A stretch of 33,503 nt of DNA from a virus (taxonomy: Duplodnaviria > Caudoviricetes), in the IMG/VR virus record IMGVR_UViG_3300017719_000074, positions 1 through 33,503 of that record; one strand, written 5' to 3'. Position 1 is the stretch's first letter; each line of letters begins with the position of its first letter. The translations under genes and the position numbers were made by a program. The notes beneath the pieces were generated by a model. That model searched no databases, was not told the origin of the DNA, and saw nothing but the letters and a program-made list of their open reading frames with translations. This document shows positions 16,311 through 24,635 of the stretch, one piece after another.

Positions 16311-16674
16311 CTTTTTTCCACCATTCTATTTTATGTTTAGTTCTTAGTTCAAAGTCTTCTATCAAATCTTCATATGATACTAACTCACTTGATTCATAAC
16401 TATCTAGATAGTCGGAGAGTAGGTTCCAAGATTCAGTTTTCATAACAGGAACAGAATACTCTGACTTACCGCCCCAATACTCACTCTCGTCTAGACCATA
16501 GATATCTATACGGCCACATGAATACGACTCAGCAAAGTCCTTATATTCGAAAACAGGTAATGTTTTACCACTTGTCTTCTTTAACACATACGGTATGTCA
16601 TTGTCCTCGTACCATCGTGTTGCTACTGGTCCCATCCAATTCGTACTATAGTGTATCATCATCCTTCCTTTCAT
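16297..16674 (-). CDS. Hypothetical protein
   Basis: Coupled ORF, AGGAAGG RBS before MMIHYS. Confidence 0.75.
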   Translation of the reverse strand: MKGRMMIHYSTNWMGPVATRWYEDNDIPYVLKKTSGKTLPVFEYKDFAESYSCGRIDIYGLDESEYWGGKSEYSVPVMKTESWNLLSDYLDSYESSELVSYEDLIEDFELRTKHKIEWWKKDGIS

Positions 16675-16825
16675 TGTATAAAGAAATTAAAAAGTTCTCA
16701 TACAGTTCACGGTATTTCTCTTCAGTCATAGTTGGCCAACCGTAGGACGATCGTTCTGTACAATTTTGAATATACATTTCGTGAACAAATCTTTCATAAT
16801 GATTAACTTTATCGTGTATTGACAT
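16646..16825 (-). CDS. Hypothetical protein (MSIHDKV...)
   Basis: Probable start just after the upstream stop; the track extends it to 16951 through a long overlap. Confidence 0.65.
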   Translation of the reverse strand: MSIHDKVNHYERFVHEMYIQNCTERSSYGWPTMTEEKYRELYENFLISLYNERKDDDTL

Positions 16826-16826
16826 A

Positions 16827-17351
16827 TTAATCCCATAGTCCTTCGTAGTATTGACCAAACAATCTAAAGCCATTTGTGATTCTTTCTTGATACTTACGTA
16901 AGCCATCGTAGTCAATTTTAAGTGTATCATTAGGGCCATGTTTAACTTCAAAGGCTATGACTTTACCCTGCGATGATAGTACTGGTACATTATACAGATC
17001 ACTTTCTCCAGAAAAGAATTGATCTTGCCAATCTTCTTCCGCTAATTTAGTCTCAAATGAGAATATCATTTCTGACATAACCCAATCCCATCGCTCATGA
17101 ATCAGATATTCGTCATCACCACGTAACTCAGCTGGAACATCCTTATTATCAACATGTGGTGATCCGTGTTTAGTTTTTGCTAGTTGATATAGCATAGGCA
17201 AAATGATTTTAGCAAGGCTATGATCCATTGACCAAGTATCCCATTTATCTAATTTTACCTTGACAGTTTGTTTTGGGCTGTAGCCAAATAGTTCGAACAA
17301 ATAATTGTGATACCACTTATAATCAGGGTAAGGTCCAATTTTTACTTTCAT
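16827..17351 (-). CDS. Conserved phage hypothetical protein (174 aa)
   Basis: DKWDTWSMDHSLAKIILPML...RWDWVMSEMIFSF...GFRLFGQYYEGLWD. Confidence 0.85.
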   Translation of the reverse strand: MKVKIGPYPDYKWYHNYLFELFGYSPKQTVKVKLDKWDTWSMDHSLAKIILPMLYQLAKTKHGSPHVDNKDVPAELRGDDEYLIHERWDWVMSEMIFSFETKLAEEDWQDQFFSGESDLYNVPVLSSQGKVIAFEVKHGPNDTLKIDYDGLRKYQERITNGFRLFGQYYEGLWD

Positions 17352-17587
17352 TATTTAGTCTCTATTGTGCAACGTTTAGGATCTGAGTTTTTCTTAATTG
17401 ATTTGAGAATATCGTTGAATCCGTCTGGTGCCTGACTAATAGTGCTTTTAGTACCACCTACTATTTTTGGAGCAGCGAGTACTTGTCGGATATTAGGATC
17501 TTTTACATATTCTTCCATCGATGAAATGGACATCATCTTAGTTTCTACTTCACCAGTTTCTATATTTTCGAAATCATATAATGGCAT
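17351..17587 (-). CDS. FmdB-like small regulatory protein (cysteines not retained)
   Basis: MPLYDFENIETGE N-terminus; PDGFNDILKSIKK. Confidence 0.7.
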   Translation of the reverse strand: MPLYDFENIETGEVETKMMSISSMEEYVKDPNIRQVLAAPKIVGGTKSTISQAPDGFNDILKSIKKNSDPKRCTIETK

Positions 17588-18128
17588 TAAACCACTCCGG
17601 TTGTTTACGCTTAGTCCACTTCATCGCGAACCTCGCTTGTTTAGTTTGATAAAAAGCACGATAAGATTTTACAGCATCTTCAAACATGCATTCAGGATTA
17701 GAACCCATTGCTAATCTAAATGGACTCTTACCTGTGGTATGTTTAATATTTTTTGGTGCACTTTTTAATACAGCAGCTAATTTAGTTTCACTTGCATGTA
17801 TTTTACCATACCTATATGTATACTCATTACATAACGCAATGAAATGTTTGTAGTGCCAATCATAGTTACTACAGTTTTCTCGAGACCAGACCGTACATGG
17901 ATGATTCATGTGTACAGCTTTATATAGAATGTCTTCTCGGTAATCATCGAGTTTAAAGTACTGCAACATAGAGCCAGATTTAGAAGGCCTACGTTCCATT
18001 ACACCATCGATCATACGATGTACTGTTGATAACATTTGGGCTGATTCAACAACCATTTTGGGGATGTGTTTATCGCACTGGAGTTGTGCTGCTTTGATGG
18101 GATCATTATCTAAAATAAATATATTCAT
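17574..18128 (-). CDS. Pyrimidine-dimer DNA glycosylase (DenV)-like protein
   Basis: MNIFILD...CDKHIPKMVVESAQMLST, HMNHPCTVW, EYTYRYGKIH. Confidence 0.75.
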   Translation of the reverse strand: MNIFILDNDPIKAAQLQCDKHIPKMVVESAQMLSTVHRMIDGVMERRPSKSGSMLQYFKLDDYREDILYKAVHMNHPCTVWSRENCSNYDWHYKHFIALCNEYTYRYGKIHASETKLAAVLKSAPKNIKHTTGKSPFRLAMGSNPECMFEDAVKSYRAFYQTKQARFAMKWTKRKQPEWFNAII

Positions 18129-18135
18129 AATGTAT

Positions 18136-18165
18136 ATTATAACACAGTTTTAAAGAAAAGTAAAC
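18136..18165 (-). promoter_or_regulatory. Early promoter, predicted leaderless transcript
   Basis: GTTTACT-N17-TATAAT; only 7 nt between the -10 box and the ATG at 18128. Confidence 0.8.
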
Positions 18166-18183
18166 CCCCTTTCGAGGGTTTAC
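18152..18183 (-). terminator. Intrinsic terminator overlapping the -35 box of the next promoter
   Basis: GUAAACCCUC-GAAA-GGGGGUUUAC followed by UUUUCUUU. Confidence 0.88.
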
Positions 18184-18206
18184 AGTAGATTTTATCACCT
18201 CCTTAC

Positions 18207-18368
18207 TTATGATGCATACCTTAATTGCTCAATATACTCGTCAAGATAATCTATCTTCTTTTGCATTTTAAATGCTTTATCTGACTTTCCTTTCTTTAAC
18301 AGCCGTTGCCGATAGTATGTTGCTTTGTTCCTATCTTTCTTCAGCCGTTCGATCTCTTGTAACCTCAT
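18207..18368 (-). CDS. Small basic helical protein (53 aa, MRLQEIERLKKDRNKATYYRQRLLKKGK...)
   Basis: Not in the track; GGAGG RBS; fills the gap before the terminator. Confidence 0.75.
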   Translation of the reverse strand: MRLQEIERLKKDRNKATYYRQRLLKKGKSDKAFKMQKKIDYLDEYIEQLRYAS

Positions 18369-18458
18369 ATAGAATTATTCCCTCCATAAAGTTTTAATTG
18401 ATCATCATATAGGTATTTAAGTTCGGATCCTCCTTAGTTGTTACGGTTAGTTAATGAA

Positions 18459-18890
18459 TCACTTATTAATAAGAGTTGGGAATGCATCGGAGACTAATTT
18501 TAATGTTACCCCTTTATATTTTCCAACCAACTTCTTATCCTTCATCATAATGATAAGCTCTGCTTCTTTTGGAGATACTGACTCCAAAACTTTAATAAAT
18601 TTACCTTCGCGGACATCAGCTGATAGCCTATCCCCTTCGTATCCTTTTGCAAAGAATCGAAAATCTGCTGATACACGACCGAAGCCATATTCAGAATCTT
18701 TGTTAGGTGTATACGGCGGAGCGCCTGCGGGTAAATTAAATTCGAGTGATTTGTCAAAAGCACCTTTTAGAAAGGTTTTAAGTTGACGCGATTCGTTCTT
18801 AATGAGATATTCTTTCTTTGCCTTTGCTGTTTTAATTTTAGCAAGATCTTCGAGAATAGTCGATATTTGTAAGTCTTTATTACTAGCCAT
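18459..18890 (-). CDS. Conserved T4-like hypothetical protein downstream of rnh (143 aa)
   Basis: LPAGAPPY...REGKFIKVLESVSPKEAELIIMMKDKKL...AFP. Confidence 0.85.
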   Translation of the reverse strand: MASNKDLQISTILEDLAKIKTAKAKKEYLIKNESRQLKTFLKGAFDKSLEFNLPAGAPPYTPNKDSEYGFGRVSADFRFFAKGYEGDRLSADVREGKFIKVLESVSPKEAELIIMMKDKKLVGKYKGVTLKLVSDAFPTLINK

Positions 18891-19743
18891 TGTTATAAAA
18901 TTCCTCTACGCATTCAATCAATAGGTTACATCGTTTCTTAATTAAATAGTTTAATGCTTTCATTTGCATTGGTTTTTTACTATTGTTAAAAGTATTTATA
19001 ATAGATTCACTGATGCTTTCTGGTATTTCTGTTAAATCAATGAGAGTTTTATTACGCTGATAGTTACGGTATAACTCATCGCCTAATACATCTTTTAAGT
19101 TCTCTGCATTATCCAGCCACTCTTGTAGTTGCTTAGCACTAATTGGTGTTTGTCTAATCGATTCAACAAATACGTTATCAGCAGATTTAATATTAGGAAT
19201 CCCATCACCTTTATCACCTTTCATGATATGATTGAAACGATAGATATGAGGGTTCTTATCAGTTACTTCTTTCTTTTGCATCGGACTAAATTGCGATACA
19301 TTCTTAAAGCGATGCAGCTGAATAAAGTCTTTATCGGATGAGATAATCTTAACTGGTTCATCTTTACCAAACTCTTGTGTTTGTAGAGCAAGAGTACCAA
19401 TCACATCATCAGCCTCACACCCTTCTAGATGAATAACCTTATAAGGGAGATTCTCTTTAATTTCATCTCGTACTAAATTTAGAATACGAAAGATTTCAGG
19501 CCAATCCGTATCAGACTGTTCATCTCGATTCTTTTTACGAGCTGCTTTATATTGTGGAAAGTATTCCTTTCTCCATGTATTCATACCATCACAGCAAATA
19601 ACCATTTGACCATACTGATCTCGATACTTCTTATTGTACATACGAATACTGTTTAGAATCATATGTCGAATCATGTTTTCATCATTTAGCTTTTGTACTA
19701 TAATATTTGATAATGCAATTTGGTTATAATCAATCAGTATCAT
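18883..19743 (-). CDS. rnh: T4-type RNase H / 5'-3' exonuclease
   Basis: ILIDYNQI, WRKEYFPQYKAARKK, EADDVIG, ISSDKDFIQL, GDKGDGIPN, RNKTLIDL. Confidence 0.95.
   Translation of the reverse strand: MILIDYNQIALSNIIVQKLNDENMIRHMILNSIRMYNKKYRDQYGQMVICCDGMNTWRKEYFPQYKAARKKNRDEQSDTDWPEIFRILNLVRDEIKENLPYKVIHLEGCEADDVIGTLALQTQEFGKDEPVKIISSDKDFIQLHRFKNVSQFSPMQKKEVTDKNPHIYRFNHIMKGDKGDGIPNIKSADNVFVESIRQTPISAKQLQEWLDNAENLKDVLGDELYRNYQRNKTLIDLTEIPESISESIINTFNNSKKPMQMKALNYLIKKRCNLLIECVEEFYNNG
18993..19000 (-). promoter_or_regulatory. Possible late promoter near the end of rnh
   Basis: Exact TATAAATA about 100 nt upstream of the next gene. Confidence 0.5.
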
Positions 19744-20155
19744 CGTCTTCAGTCGCCTTTGTAATTAGTTCTTCTATTTCTTTTTGCATTTCTTCCAATT
19801 CACCTTTAGAATAAGGTTCATCCGTCATGAGTGCATCTAGCTTTTGGTTACAAATATCTAGATCATCTTGGAATGGATGTTTTATACCCTTAAAGCGATA
19901 AAACGCTGCAGCAAGTAAATTAACAACTACTGCCATATCCATCGCTTCGGGGGTGCTTATATCAAGGAAATCCATTTTATCAAACAACCCACTGCCGTTA
20001 TGAATCGCATCGTCCATTAGCCCAAAGCAATGATGGGCAAATTCGACACATTCTTCTTTTTGGATTTCTATTTGTTCTTCTTTACTGAGGGTTTGTTTCA
20101 CCACTTCGGCGACGTTAAGTCTTTCACCGGTGGGAAATTTATAAACGTTTGACAT
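19730..20155 (-). CDS. Hypothetical protein (141 aa)
   Basis: MSNVYKFP start, HPFQ motif; follows an early promoter. Confidence 0.8.
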   Translation of the reverse strand: MSNVYKFPTGERLNVAEVVKQTLSKEEQIEIQKEECVEFAHHCFGLMDDAIHNGSGLFDKMDFLDISTPEAMDMAVVVNLLAAAFYRFKGIKHPFQDDLDICNQKLDALMTDEPYSKGELEEMQKEIEELITKATEDDDTD

Positions 20156-20187
20156 GCAGGAATAACCTTTACTATAATTTAATGTAT

Positions 20188-20217
20188 ATTATAACACAGT
20201 TTATAGTGAATGTACAC
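20188..20217 (-). promoter_or_regulatory. Early promoter
   Basis: GTGTACA-N17-TATAAT with TGTG extension. Confidence 0.85.
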
Positions 20218-20639
20218 TATATTTTTAATCCTTTTACTGAGGGTGCTCCGATCTTGCATCCGATAAACCCATTATAATACTCATCTGTCAAAAGGACATC
20301 CCTGTCAAATTGCTCCTTGGCTTCCATGTATGCACACTCTCCTTTTGTCTTACACAAATGAATAATTTCTCGTTTTAAATGGTCAGAGCCATTGTCGTTT
20401 ATTTCTTCATTGAGCATGTTACTTGAACCATAGTATGTTTTCCAATCGGATTCAACTAAGGTCTTTTTCCTGCGCTTCCTTGTCTTGGTTATCCCTAACG
20501 TTTTGGTAAACCAAAAGAACTTCTTACCAACATACTTCTGGTTTGTCTTCTCGTTTGTTATGAGATACACAAACCCGTAATAGTCTTTCGAACTAAAGTC
20601 TTGAGGCGGGATCCACTCTTTATCATTATATAACCACAT
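20217..20639 (-). CDS. GIY-YIG family (Seg-like) nuclease, short form
   Basis: GFVYLITNEKTNQKYVGKK, ESDWKTYYGSS, YMEAKEQF, YYN. Confidence 0.85.
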   Translation of the reverse strand: MWLYNDKEWIPPQDFSSKDYYGFVYLITNEKTNQKYVGKKFFWFTKTLGITKTRKRRKKTLVESDWKTYYGSSNMLNEEINDNGSDHLKREIIHLCKTKGECAYMEAKEQFDRDVLLTDEYYNGFIGCKIGAPSVKGLKI

Positions 20640-20651
20640 GTATTATATATA

Positions 20652-20789
20652 CTAGTCATCAAAGTTCAACTCTTCAATATGATCTTCGATAGGTTCACCG
20701 CAAATTGGACAATACTTTGCATCTTCCTCTTCACATGATACTCGCGACTTATTATAACACATAGGGCATTCGATTTGTTTTATACTCAT
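20652..20789 (-). CDS. Small zinc-ribbon protein (45 aa, MSIKQIECPMC...YCPICGE...)
   Basis: Not in the track; two CPxC motifs, GGAGG RBS, ATGA overlap with the glutaredoxin stop. Confidence 0.8.
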   Translation of the reverse strand: MSIKQIECPMCYNKSRVSCEEEDAKYCPICGEPIEDHIEELNFDD

Positions 20790-21010
20790 GACTTACCCTC
20801 CAAATGATGCTTTAGTTCAGTAAGACCACCAATAACTTCACCATCGATCTTTATCTGTGGAAATGTCCTTGCTTCTGGAAATTGCTCAAATAGTTGTTCA
20901 CGGGTAAAATCTGTACCTAGTTTCTTATAAACATAATCATGAGGCTTTGATAACGCTTTAGCACTATCACATTGTGGGCAATTATCTTTGCCGTATATTT
21001 CGATGTTCAT
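20786..21010 (-). CDS. nrdC: Glutaredoxin
   Basis: CPQC, RTFPQI, IGG; follows nrdB. Confidence 0.93.
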   Translation of the reverse strand: MNIEIYGKDNCPQCDSAKALSKPHDYVYKKLGTDFTREQLFEQFPEARTFPQIKIDGEVIGGLTELKHHLEGKS

Positions 21011-21018
21011 TGTATCTC

Positions 21019-22086
21019 CTATAAACTTAATGCTGCTAATGTGTCTGTTGTCATATCCTTTTTTACACCGCCTGTTACATACGACGTGATTTCAGTTTCT
21101 TGAGGAGCTACTTGTACGTTACCACCCCCGATCCACTTTTCAGTCCATGGTAGAGGATTTGTTTTAGAAACTTGGAATGGTGAATGAATGCTAAGTGCTC
21201 TCATTCTTTTTGTACCAATAAATTCAACATAATCACATAATAATTTTTCATTTAAACCAATCATCGATCCATCTTTAAATAGATAATTAGCCCACTGTTT
21301 TTCTTGTTCGATTACATCAACAAAAAGCTTTTCAACTTCTTCCTTTGTTTCTTCTTGAATCTTAATATAATCTGGATCTTCTTTTAGTAAACTCTTAATC
21401 ATTACTGTAGTACCAGCAAGGTGAACGTTCTCATCTCTTGCAATAAACTTAATGATCTTTGCATTACCTTCCATCTTCTTTAATTCAGCAAATGCCCATG
21501 AACATGCAAACGATACATAGAATCGAATACCTTCCAAAGCGTTGGCACTCATAAGAGCTAGCCAAATCCTTTTCTTATGTTCATAGTTTGATATATCCTT
21601 TGGTGCATCGATTAGTTCATCGTACCATTTACATATATCATCTGCGCAATCAACGATCTCTCTATTATTCATAATCGTATCGAATACCACAGAAGGATCT
21701 GGATAAATGTTACGAATAATATGTGTATAAGAGCGACTATGAATTGTTTCAAAGAATGCCCATGTAGTAATCCAATTCTCCACTTCAGGTAATGAACACA
21801 CTGGTAAGAATGCATCCAATGGTTCTCTACCTTGAACTGAATCTAATAGAATTTGTCGCTTTAAATTGCTTGTAAAAATGTGTTGCTCGTGTTCGTCTAA
21901 TGCGTCAAAGTCTTTCTTATCTTTTGACACATCGACTTCTTCTGGTCTCCAAAAGAAACCAAGTTGTTTATCTGTAATCTTATCAATGTTTGGATATTTG
22001 ACTGTATCATAACGTGCGATATCAACTGGATCATCCAAAAACATCATTTTTGTTAGGTGTGACTCTGTTCCATTTGTTCTACTCAT
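21019..22086 (-). CDS. nrdB: Class Ia ribonucleotide reductase beta subunit
   Basis: FFWRPEEVD, ETIHSRSYTHI, LEGIRFYVSF, RDENVH, VAPQETEITSY. Confidence 0.98.
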   Translation of the reverse strand: MSRTNGTESHLTKMMFLDDPVDIARYDTVKYPNIDKITDKQLGFFWRPEEVDVSKDKKDFDALDEHEQHIFTSNLKRQILLDSVQGREPLDAFLPVCSLPEVENWITTWAFFETIHSRSYTHIIRNIYPDPSVVFDTIMNNREIVDCADDICKWYDELIDAPKDISNYEHKKRIWLALMSANALEGIRFYVSFACSWAFAELKKMEGNAKIIKFIARDENVHLAGTTVMIKSLLKEDPDYIKIQEETKEEVEKLFVDVIEQEKQWANYLFKDGSMIGLNEKLLCDYVEFIGTKRMRALSIHSPFQVSKTNPLPWTEKWIGGGNVQVAPQETEITSYVTGGVKKDMTTDTLAALSL

Positions 22087-24332
22087 ATTTTACAACTCTC
22101 GCAGTCTTCTTCTTCTTTCATTTCCCCTGCACCATCGTAAGTATTAAAGTAGTACAATTGTTTTAAACCAAACTTATAAGCTGTCACTAGATCAGTTACC
22201 ATTATTGACATAGGTACCTTTGAGTCTTCAAAGAAATCAGGATTGTATGATGTATTCACACTAATGCCTTGATCGATATACTTTTGAAGAATCGCACAGA
22301 TTTTTAGATAACCATCTGGTGACTCTTGATCCCATAGGAGATCATACTTATTTTTAAGGTGATGGTATCCAGGAACAACCTGAGCCATTACACCATCTTT
22401 AGATTGTTTGTACGAAACTAAAGCTCTTGGTGGTTCAATACCATTTGTACTATTACTTATTTGTGCAGATGTCTCGGCTGGCATGAGAGCCATCAGTGTA
22501 GAGTTACGTATACCAGTAGATTTTAACTGATTACGTAAACTATCCCATGGCATTCTTTCTTTATGTGACACTAAAGTATTTACAGCCTCCTTATATGTAT
22601 CAATTGGAAGAACTCCACTGCCATATTTTGTCTCATAATTCTTGTTTATTTTACCTTTTTCTGTAGCTAAATCAGCAGAAGCTTTAATAAGATAATATGA
22701 CCATGCTTCGGCATATTCATCAACTGTTTCAAACGCGCTATCATCATACTTTAATCCGCGCTTAGCGAGGAAGTATGCAAGATTAATAATACCAATGCCA
22801 AGTGGTCTACGATTCATTGTAGAAAGTTCAGCAGCTTTAATTGGGTAATCCTGATATGTAAGCAATTCATCAAGACCTCGTACAGCTAGATTACAATACT
22901 TTTCAAAATCAACAGGATCATTAATAAGACCCCAATTAATAGCTGATAAAGTACATAGACTGATTTCACCATTTGGATCATTGACATCATTTAATGGGTG
23001 AGTCGGTAGATCGATTTCACAACATAGATTACTCATTCTAATTGGAGCAACCTTTGGATGAAATGCACCATGTTCATTAGCATGATCGACATTCATTATA
23101 TAAACTCTACCGGTATCTTTACGTTCTGCTAATAGAGTTTGGAATACCTCCATTGCCGGTACAGACTTTTTACGAATAGATGTTTTTCTTTCGTATTCTT
23201 CATAGATTTTTTTGAACTTATCTTGATCTGAAAAGAATGCTTCGTATAAACCAGGAACATCATTCGGATCAAAGAATGTAATGTTACCACCAGTCAATAG
23301 ACGCTCATACATTAACTTGTTTAGCTGGAAGGTATAGTCCATGTGACGTACACGATTTTCTTCAGTACCTTTGTTGTTCTTTAACACAACTAGATCTTCA
23401 AACTCATAGTGCCAGATTGGTAGATAGACAGTAGCTGCACCACCACGAACACCGCCTTGAGAACAAGACTTTACAGCCGATTGGAAGTATTTCAAGAATG
23501 GAATCAGTCCTGTATGTACAACCGAACCATCACCAACAGTAGCACCTGCAGCTCGAATAGAACCTGCGCCAATACCAATGCCAGCTTTCTTAGAGATATA
23601 TTTTACGATGCTGGTTGAAGTTGCGTTAATAGAATCGAGGCTATCGCCGGATTCAATAAGAACACAACTAGAGAATTGACGGGTTGGAGTCCGAACTCCA
23701 GCCATGATAGGCGTAGGCAGAGAGATATAGAATTGAGAAATTGCATCATAATAATCCTTAACATATTTTAATCTTGTTTCTTTTGGGTAATTCATAAAGA
23801 GTGTAGAAGCAACCATCATGTACAACATCTGTGGTGATTCGTATAGCTCTTTTGTTTTACGATTTTGTACTAGATACTTACCACGGAATTGTTCCATTCC
23901 AGCATAAGTAAAGTCATTATCACGGTCATGCTTAATATACGAGTCAAGTTCATCGATTTCTGTATACTCATAGTTTTCCATGATTCCACCGTCGTACACT
24001 CCACGGCCTACATTCTCGATGATTAGTTGTCTAAGAGGCCATGGCTTATAATCACCATAGACTTCTTTACGAATCTTATAGTTGATCAAACGTGCTGCTA
24101 CAAACTGATAATTAGGTGTTGCTTCACAGATTAGTTCTGCTGCGCTTTTAATAAGAAGCTCATGGATGTCATAAGCTGGAATTTTGTTGTATAATTGTAT
24201 ATTCGCTTTAATTTCTATTTCAGAAACAGAGACACCAGTAATGCTTTCCGTCGCCCATTCGAGTACCTTGTGTACTTTCTCTAGATCGAAGGGTTGCACC
24301 GTGCCATCTCTTTTAGTGACGTTAAAAGACAT
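22083..24332 (-). CDS. nrdA: Class Ia ribonucleotide reductase alpha subunit with ATP cone
   Basis: VTKRDG ATP cone, QFSSCVL, SNLCCEI, LYY, C-terminal CESCKI. Confidence 0.98.
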   Translation of the reverse strand: MSFNVTKRDGTVQPFDLEKVHKVLEWATESITGVSVSEIEIKANIQLYNKIPAYDIHELLIKSAAELICEATPNYQFVAARLINYKIRKEVYGDYKPWPLRQLIIENVGRGVYDGGIMENYEYTEIDELDSYIKHDRDNDFTYAGMEQFRGKYLVQNRKTKELYESPQMLYMMVASTLFMNYPKETRLKYVKDYYDAISQFYISLPTPIMAGVRTPTRQFSSCVLIESGDSLDSINATSTSIVKYISKKAGIGIGAGSIRAAGATVGDGSVVHTGLIPFLKYFQSAVKSCSQGGVRGGAATVYLPIWHYEFEDLVVLKNNKGTEENRVRHMDYTFQLNKLMYERLLTGGNITFFDPNDVPGLYEAFFSDQDKFKKIYEEYERKTSIRKKSVPAMEVFQTLLAERKDTGRVYIMNVDHANEHGAFHPKVAPIRMSNLCCEIDLPTHPLNDVNDPNGEISLCTLSAINWGLINDPVDFEKYCNLAVRGLDELLTYQDYPIKAAELSTMNRRPLGIGIINLAYFLAKRGLKYDDSAFETVDEYAEAWSYYLIKASADLATEKGKINKNYETKYGSGVLPIDTYKEAVNTLVSHKERMPWDSLRNQLKSTGIRNSTLMALMPAETSAQISNSTNGIEPPRALVSYKQSKDGVMAQVVPGYHHLKNKYDLLWDQESPDGYLKICAILQKYIDQGISVNTSYNPDFFEDSKVPMSIMVTDLVTAYKFGLKQLYYFNTYDGAGEMKEEEDCESCKI

Positions 24333-24363
24333 AAGTTGATCCTGTTAATGTATTTGAAAGTAT

Positions 24364-24393
24364 ATTATATCATACTAATGTAAAAAAGTAAAC
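24364..24393 (-). promoter_or_regulatory. Early promoter for nrdA
   Basis: GTTTACT-N17-TATAAT with TG extension. Confidence 0.85.
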
Positions 24394-24395
24394 TG

Positions 24396-24635
24396 TTATT
24401 TTAGTTTATTTTCAAGTTCTTCAATTCGTGCGAGGATCAGAGGATATTGTTTACGGAACTTAGCATCTTTCTTTGCTAGCTCTAAATCGTATTTGTTAGC
24501 GATATACTGTAGACTGTTGTCCACGTATTGCTGGAACCAGATTCCAAATTTAGTCTTTTGAAACCAGTTATAGAATGAACTACCGATGATTGCTGATAAT
24601 ATTGACTTAAGTGTAAGAACTACTAACCACGGCAT
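24396..24635 (-). CDS. Small protein with hydrophobic N-terminus (79 aa)
   Basis: MPWLVVLTLKSILSAIIGSSFYNWF; last gene of the spanin/lipase run. Confidence 0.75.
   Translation of the reverse strand: MPWLVVLTLKSILSAIIGSSFYNWFQKTKFGIWFQQYVDNSLQYIANKYDLELAKKDAKFRKQYPLILARIEELENKLK

Noticed and set aside
18194-18450. 16S rRNA 3'-end fragment (plus-strand ATCACCTCCTTA and GGATCCTCCTTA)
   Set aside because: The match is only 8-12 nt with no flanking rRNA helix on the same strand; treated as SD-like elements instead.
20751-20761. TGTGTTATAAT extended -10 inside the zinc-ribbon ORF
   Set aside because: No matching -35 at 17 bp, and the sequence is explained by the Met-Cys-Tyr-Asn codons.
21019-24332. 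Introns or inteins in nrdA/nrdB
   Set aside because: Both ORFs are continuous and of normal length with all motifs in place.
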